NCBI GenBank assembly: GCA_010015585.1
Contig: ML975158.1
DNA: 64,000 bases
Direction: 5' to 3' (one strand)
Source of the DNA: Eremomyces bilateralis CBS 781.70
Lineage: Eukaryota
Shown here in pieces: positions 57,838 through 64,000 of the stretch. Every line of letters starts with the position of its first letter. The first letter of the stretch is position 1. The translations under genes were made by a program, and so were the position numbers. The notes under the pieces were generated by a model that saw nothing but the letters and a program-made list of their open reading frames with translations, was not told the origin of the DNA and made no database searches.

Positions 57838-60447
57838 ATGCCTAGGTGTTTGCAAGAGGAACATCTGATGCTTGACAAGCGACAGGCACCACTTCTGTGG
57901 CCTTACCTTCTGCAAGACGGGTTTGAATATGATGGCCACGACTTTGATGGATATCCGCAGCGCTGCGGATGGGACTTCTCAGAGTGGTACTCCACAGACC
58001 CATGTGGTGCTGGGCTGGATATTCAAGACTGGCTACTTCGTCAAAAGATGGACATCGAAACTCGAGAAACGATGGAAGCCGAACTTGCGGCTTTTCTACA
58101 AGCGTGGCTCTTCTTTGGCCTCTTAACCTACCTTTGCGACCCTATCCTGATTCATACCGCTCGTTTTATCCTCAATTTAAGTTGTTGCGGTCAATCGCTT
58201 TTGACCACAGCAAGTTTGGAAAGTCTTTTGGTAGAATATCGCAAAACCTTCTTCGAAAGGTACCCCAGAGAACGAAAGGAGGCATGGGAAGACGAAATAT
58301 CGAGACTGATGTCGCTCTTAGACTCGGCTCACCAGATCCAATCGACCCTTGGATCTGATCTCGACGAAGATTCCCTCGAGATCACTAGGTTTGACGAGAT
58401 ACATTTCTTCTCCGGAGTTTTGGTCGGGACCCTTGCTCATTTCGTGGAATACCAACTTGACGTACCCTCGGAGTATATGGCCCCTCTTTGTCTTGGTGAA
58501 ATACCAGTTCTTCAAAAACTATTAAGAGTTGAAGGCTGGTGCAAATATTCGAGGCAACAGTTCACGAATCTGAACGAACCCGATATTCAAGCATATGCTT
58601 TTGGATTGATACGATATCGCCGGCGCCATTGTTTTGACAAAGATAAAACGCATCATTGCCGAGGGACACAGATTGGGTTGATTCTCAATGGCCGCATTCA
58701 CTGCACCTGTCCTTGTCACAAATCCGGGCACGATGAGCACCGAAATGTCGGCCAGTGTCTCTGCAAGGCAGAGCCCAAGGACCCTTCACAGATTGCCAAC
58801 CCGTCAGGCCCAGCTAGACTCTTGATTGAACCTGCCACTCCAAAGGGACCTGATTGCAATGCATCGGATGCTTGTACTGGGCATGAATGTGTTGCAGCCA
58901 AGGCAGGTGATGATTTCGAACCTTATCACCTCCTGCGAAACTGTGTTTGTCAACATGAAGGGCCTCCGATGAGCGAAATCATCAAGTTGTTAGAGGATGG
59001 GCATATACCGGTTATTGAAGCCCACCTTCCCAAAAATTCCTCCTCTCCTTTTTCATTTACGGTGAGGAAAGCCGTTCTAGGAGAATACGTTGCCCTATCT
59101 CATGTCTGGGGTGACGGCCTGGGAAATCAGAAGAACAACTCCATACCCCGGTGCCAGCTAATCTTTTTACTCCAAGCTCTTCACGACCCAGTCGTGGGCG
59201 ACAATGGTTGTACCGCTTTCTGGATCGATGCATTCTGCATCCCGGTTGGGAAAGCATATCAGAAGCTCAGAGACTTTTCCATCCAAAGGATGCATGCAAT
59301 CTATAAGGAGTCGTGTTACGGACTGGTCCTCGACGCGGACATATCCCTATCCATGTCCAAACGCGCCCAACCGGCAGAAATATTTACTCGCGTCCTCCTT
59401 AGCAACTGGGCAGGGAGACTCTGGACCTTCCAAGAGGGTGCGCTTCCTCCTGTCCTCTTTCTACGGACCCGAGATGGTAAAGTCCGGTACGACAACCTAC
59501 TAGAAAGGGTTGAGGATTACAGGGGCCCAGTAAGCTTGATGAGGTCCTCACTTGCCCGACTTAGTGGTGTCGTGGCTCAGAGGGAAAACCCTAGAATCCG
59601 TCAACGCTCGCTAAATGATGAAGATACACAGTTTGAAGACGTGAGTCGGTCCGAGGACTGGGGTCAGTTCGAAGACTTGGGTCAAAGTGTACTGAGTGCA
59701 TTGCAATACCGGAGTACCAGTCGAAAGGACGATGAGGCTGTTTGTATCGCCACCACTCTCGGGCGCCCTACGGCATCGATTCAGAATTGTCAATCAGCAA
59801 ATGACAAGATCGTGGCCTTGCTGAAGCTGCTCCCGGTAATTCCTCCCAACATCTTGTTCAATGACAGTGTCCGCGAGTGCCTCCCCCACCCCGGCTACCG
59901 ATGGTGCCCAACTACCATGCTGCTACCTCAAAGTGGAATCGGGCTTTATTTGAACCGAGAGATCGAATGCGCTTCCGGTCATCTGTATCGCCGCCCGTTC
60001 GTTCGACTCCACCCACGAGGACGGGGGGTTGTTTGCCATTGCCATGCGATTCGGATCTTTCCCTCCGCTGATAAAAGCCTGCGCTGGGACATCACTCTGA
60101 CCGGCGGTCGTCGGTGCCTTTTAAGCTTACATCCCCGAGATGAATTGCCTGAAGCCATGAAGTCTCTGGTGATACTTTTACCCCACCCAATGGACGCCAT
60201 TGACTCGAGGACGACTGGAATCTACTGTCTTTTAGTGACTGACCACGAGACTTCGGTAGGTACATGCCCACAGTCCAATCATGAGCCAATGGCTTCGGGC
60301 ACGATTATACTTCGAGGCGACCTCAAGCCCCACTCCTATGATATCGAGAGCCTAGACAGGGACGAAGTATCTAGAATCCAAGGGGAGTTGATGGAGCCTC
60401 GATGGTGGGTACTGGATGGAACTGCCCCGTTGTCATCTTCTGTTTAA
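57838..60447 (+). CDS. HET-domain protein (869 aa) with a Cys/His-rich central insert
   Basis: FLQAWLFFGLL, YVALSHVWGDGLGN, FWIDAFCIP, MHAIY, WAGRLWTFQEG, RSTSRKDDEAVCIATTLG. Confidence 0.88.
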   Translation: MPRCLQEEHLMLDKRQAPLLWPYLLQDGFEYDGHDFDGYPQRCGWDFSEWYSTDPCGAGLDIQDWLLRQKMDIETRETMEAELAAFLQAWLFFGLLTYLCDPILIHTARFILNLSCCGQSLLTTASLESLLVEYRKTFFERYPRERKEAWEDEISRLMSLLDSAHQIQSTLGSDLDEDSLEITRFDEIHFFSGVLVGTLAHFVEYQLDVPSEYMAPLCLGEIPVLQKLLRVEGWCKYSRQQFTNLNEPDIQAYAFGLIRYRRRHCFDKDKTHHCRGTQIGLILNGRIHCTCPCHKSGHDEHRNVGQCLCKAEPKDPSQIANPSGPARLLIEPATPKGPDCNASDACTGHECVAAKAGDDFEPYHLLRNCVCQHEGPPMSEIIKLLEDGHIPVIEAHLPKNSSSPFSFTVRKAVLGEYVALSHVWGDGLGNQKNNSIPRCQLIFLLQALHDPVVGDNGCTAFWIDAFCIPVGKAYQKLRDFSIQRMHAIYKESCYGLVLDADISLSMSKRAQPAEIFTRVLLSNWAGRLWTFQEGALPPVLFLRTRDGKVRYDNLLERVEDYRGPVSLMRSSLARLSGVVAQRENPRIRQRSLNDEDTQFEDVSRSEDWGQFEDLGQSVLSALQYRSTSRKDDEAVCIATTLGRPTASIQNCQSANDKIVALLKLLPVIPPNILFNDSVRECLPHPGYRWCPTTMLLPQSGIGLYLNREIECASGHLYRRPFVRLHPRGRGVVCHCHAIRIFPSADKSLRWDITLTGGRRCLLSLHPRDELPEAMKSLVILLPHPMDAIDSRTTGIYCLLVTDHETSVGTCPQSNHEPMASGTIILRGDLKPHSYDIESLDRDEVSRIQGELMEPRWWVLDGTAPLSSSV

Positions 60448-61412
60448 TGGAGAGACAGAAAAATGTGGCTGTGAAAGTCGAAGTATAGTGGAAGTTATCG
60501 ATATTGAGGAACGTTCACGTATTCAGATACTCGACCGATACTAACTGCAAGGGAACATGGGGTTCTATGAATGATGACATGATGAATCCAATTTTACCTC
60601 CTTCATATTCTGCGTAGTCGATACTATAGATAATAAGCTTCCATTATAATACAGCCTTCTTAACAGCTACCATGCAGCTATCTGACGTGAGACTGGACTG
60701 AGAGTTTCTCCCCACCTCGCTGGGATGCGTCGCGGCAGATGGACAGCCGTCACCCCTCACCAACGAGGAATTTGCATGCCAAGTCCGGGTTAAAGATGCT
60801 CTTCTGCCACTTCGCAATGCTGGCATCATCAGGTTCGTCAGTCCGATTGCAGAAATCGAGAGGGAGGCCATCAAGGCTGGGGAAGCCAACGGCAGGCTGT
60901 CGAAACTGGGATCGGCCCTGTACGGGTTGTAAACGACACTGGGTGTTCGGTCTCCGTTAAGGAGATGTAAATTGAAGTCCTATAAGAAAGTTCTTGGTCT
61001 GTTGACGACGTGCTGTACTGATCGTAGACAGAGGGCGAAAAGCAATGCAGCCCCATAGGGTGGTGGATGTTCGAATGTCGACCTTAAAGCGTTGGAGTTT
61101 TTCATCGACGGCCATGACAGAGTTCTACTAGAGCGAACCAAAGCAAACAGCCTGGATTATATCAGCTGAACGTTTTCATTTATCTGTTAGGCACGTTTCT
61201 CGACCCTACAACTGTCCCACACTGTAATCGAAGATCAAATTAATTTCTTTCGGCTATCCGGAGGGGCTGAATACCCAGTCTCAATGCCATTAAAGCATTC
61301 ATTCAGGCCACCAGATACCAGAACACAGCCAGCCCATCATCCAAAGCATTGATATGCACTGATGTAAACCCCAGGGCTCAGGGCTCGGAGCGCTCTACGC
61401 CTTCGTCATCCA

Positions 61413-63050
61413 CTACCTAGAAAAATTCAATAATCGTCCAGCACTTATGATCTGCCGATTCGAAACAGCACCGGGATTGTACACGACATCTGTAACAGCT
61501 CGGGGAGAAGTCCAGTCACTTTCTCCAGAACCAAATAAGACGAAATCTGCAGGTTGGCCTTCATGAAGACCTGGAGACGGAATGGAATCTAGGCCGATTG
61601 CGGATTTCGCTCGGGAGGACACGCAGTTCTAGGGGGGATTGTTAGCATTTGGGAGTTCATCCACTGAGAGATACCGGTCAAGCAAGAAAACACGACTCAC
61701 ATATAGCAGACTAGCATCGAACTTCGTTCCAGCACTGTACAATCCAACCCCTAGACTTGCGACCGTGATTGGATCACAACTCCCCTGTGGCGTGAACGCA
61801 TTTCCAACATTGTTCACCGCGATCGCGGCGTTCAGTTGATGATCTCTCACCAGCTCGACGGGATTCAACGTCGACTTGTCCTTCATCATGAACAAGTCGC
61901 TGGTCGGCAACCCGACGAAACTGACGTCCAGTTTCGCCTCTTCGATCTGCTCCTTCAGCCGCCTCCACTCCGCGGGCGTCCACCGCGCCAACCGCGTGCA
62001 ATGGCCCAGACACACCGGTTGGGTATCAGACCTCTGCTCAACCCAGGCCACGGATTTCAAAATCGAAACCACATCATGCACCATCGGCTGCCTCTCGATC
62101 CCGAAATAATCCAGATGGAAATCCAGCGCCTTTCCCTCTCCCTTCGCCAACCCAGCTAACCACCGCACGTTCATCCGCGCCTTCACCTCTTCTGCCTCCA
62201 CATACGGTGCCGACCCCACCACCGCCACCTCACCCCGCTTCGCCGCCTCCCTCATCAACTTCCGCGCCGCATCCCCGCCGTCCGTACCCGAGAACAACGG
62301 CACCTGCGCAAACGCACATAGCTGGATCTCGCACAACCCGCGGAACTGCTCCTGCAGCTCAATCCCGGCGTCCAGACAGAGCATCTCGACCGTGGCGTCC
62401 ACCTCCACAAACGCTCGCATGGCAGTGACGCCCGCGCGCAGACTCTCGAGGACGAGCCGCCGACCGCGCCGCAGGAGGTCGTCGTGGGTGAACCGCGCTT
62501 TGGCTTGCTGGGTCAGCGACATGGCTTCGTCGAACGTGCCGTGCTGGATCGAGAGGTCGGAGTAGGCGGGGTCGGAGAGCAGGAAGCACTTGTCGAGGTG
62601 GATGTGTGCGTGGCAGAGGCTCGGGGCGATGAGTCGTCCGTTGCCGAGGAGGATGCCTGGGAGGTGGGAAAGCGAGGGCATGCGAGGGTTGTGAGGGGAG
62701 ACCTCGGCGATCTTCCCCTTCGTCAGGAGGATGTCGTAGAGCTTTTGCGGGGATCGTCGGGGGAGGCGGACGCCAATGATGCGGTGGATGTGGGTTGCGC
62801 TGATGGATTGAACGGCGGTTGCGGTGGTATTGTTGGAGGAGTCGAGCGCGGATATGGAATTGAATAAGATGTTTGGTTGTATGGCGGTATCAGAACGCCG
62901 TTTGGAGGAGTTGGCCAGAGATAAGGAAGGGGAGTATGCGGGTGGTGGAGAGGTTGAGGTCAAGGTTGAGGGATTGTTCGTGCCGAATTGGATCTTTGCC
63001 ATCTCGGCGTCGAGATCGATCCCATGGGATAAGAGGTATTGCCCGGCCAT
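61413..63050 (-). CDS. Cytosine-deaminase-like metallo-dependent amidohydrolase, 2 exons
   Basis: PSLCHAHIHLDKCFL, GVTAMRAFVEVD, DFHLDY, LGHCTRL, GLPTSDLFM, NNVGNAFTPQG; exon 2 NCVSSRAK...PADFVLF. Confidence 0.88.
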
Positions 63051-63748
63051 TTTGTCCGCTTTAAGAGATATTGAAACGGAGATTGACTTTGAGCTGGTTT
63101 GAGATAACTACGGAGACAATAAATGGAAAGGTCGGGCTAGCCTACAGCCGAGTATCTGAGTGCAGTTACTCCAAAGTGAATACGCCTTCCTCGTCAATAT
63201 TTATACGTCAGTTAATTCAGCAACATAGTCTGATAAGTATAAAAGGACTGAAGGAGGTCTGGCTTGAGGCAATTCGTGTCGCAGACTGCGCAACGACCTG
63301 GAAATCGGGCCTGTATGGATCTCGGGTGCAGTCTCAGAGAAAATCACATGTCTCAGATTTCTCGCACCCGGAATTAAGGAATAACTGCAACCAAGTACTT
63401 CTTCCGAGAAGAGTTGTCATACATCCGAGTAGAAATTTGTGATATCGCGAATCACCAAAAGGATGATCATAAGGATGATGTGTGGTGGTTAGACTCGACG
63501 AATCAGATACCATAGTGGGGCAGCCAGCTATTTGCAACCTCCCCCAAGGAACGAATTCCTCACTCTGATAGACCATGACAATAGTCTTTTCTGTCTATAG
63601 AGTGCCTGTATAACAAGATGGATGAAAGACGAGAGCAGCTCGTTTCATCCTAGCCAATTTTACACGTCCACACTTGGCTCAATTTGCGCGACACGTTTAC
63701 ACGCTACCAACCGGCGCATTCTACAACATCTGATTCTAGCAATCGACG

Positions 63749-64000
63749 ATGCCCATCCAAATATTGCCTCCGGCTCCGGCTATCTCGCTTGGGAATGAAG
63801 GGGCCCAGGCGGTCGACATTGATGACGAGGGAGATGTCGATATGGGAGGATTATCGTTGAAGACCGCCCTTGAATCCCACGCCGCAATTGTCACCCCTGG
63901 GGAGGTTATCACAGATGATCCACAATGGATGCGGTAAGCAGGGCTCTGGAACCGTTGCGCGACATGCATTTCCAAATATTCGTGCTGATCATCTTGGATA
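63749..64000 (+). CDS. RRP4: Exosome subunit RRP4, first exon and start of intron 1 (runs off the window)
   Basis: IVTPGEVITDDPQWMR followed by a GTAAGC donor at 63934. Confidence 0.85.

Noticed and set aside
1..64000. Numerous antisense and overlapping ORFs in the track (such as 2420-3160, 4404-5060, 5143-5781)
   Set aside because: Shadow frames of real GC-rich genes with no domain signal

Overview
Eukaryotic DNA from a filamentous ascomycete (Pezizomycotina), judged from short GT-AG introns with CTAAC/CTGAC branch points, Zn2Cys6 and HET-domain genes. Core genes: DUF1992 protein, MER3 helicase, UDP-galactose transporter, GPI-anchored protein, molybdate transporter, COQ7, RTF1, MRC1, a cytosine-deaminase-like amidohydrolase and the 5' end of RRP4. 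There are three intron-containing tRNA genes. A sugar-catabolism cluster (MFS transporter, aldose reductase, LadB-type polyol dehydrogenase, two fungal transcription factors) is interrupted by a tRNA-Pro and a HET pseudogene. Accessory or decayed patches hold two copies of a solo LTR, a pogo/Fot1 remnant, a bacterial-looking secreted hydrolase and a HET gene head-to-head with a DTGS protease-like gene. The standout signal is tRNA-Leu(UAG) at 16600-16752: besides its normal anticodon-loop intron it carries a 56-nt insertion in the variable arm with every hallmark of a spliceosomal intron (GTAAGC...ACTAAC...CAG), and removing it restores a normal cloverleaf. One MER3 intron ends in GG rather than AG. 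All calls were made by eye, without database searches.
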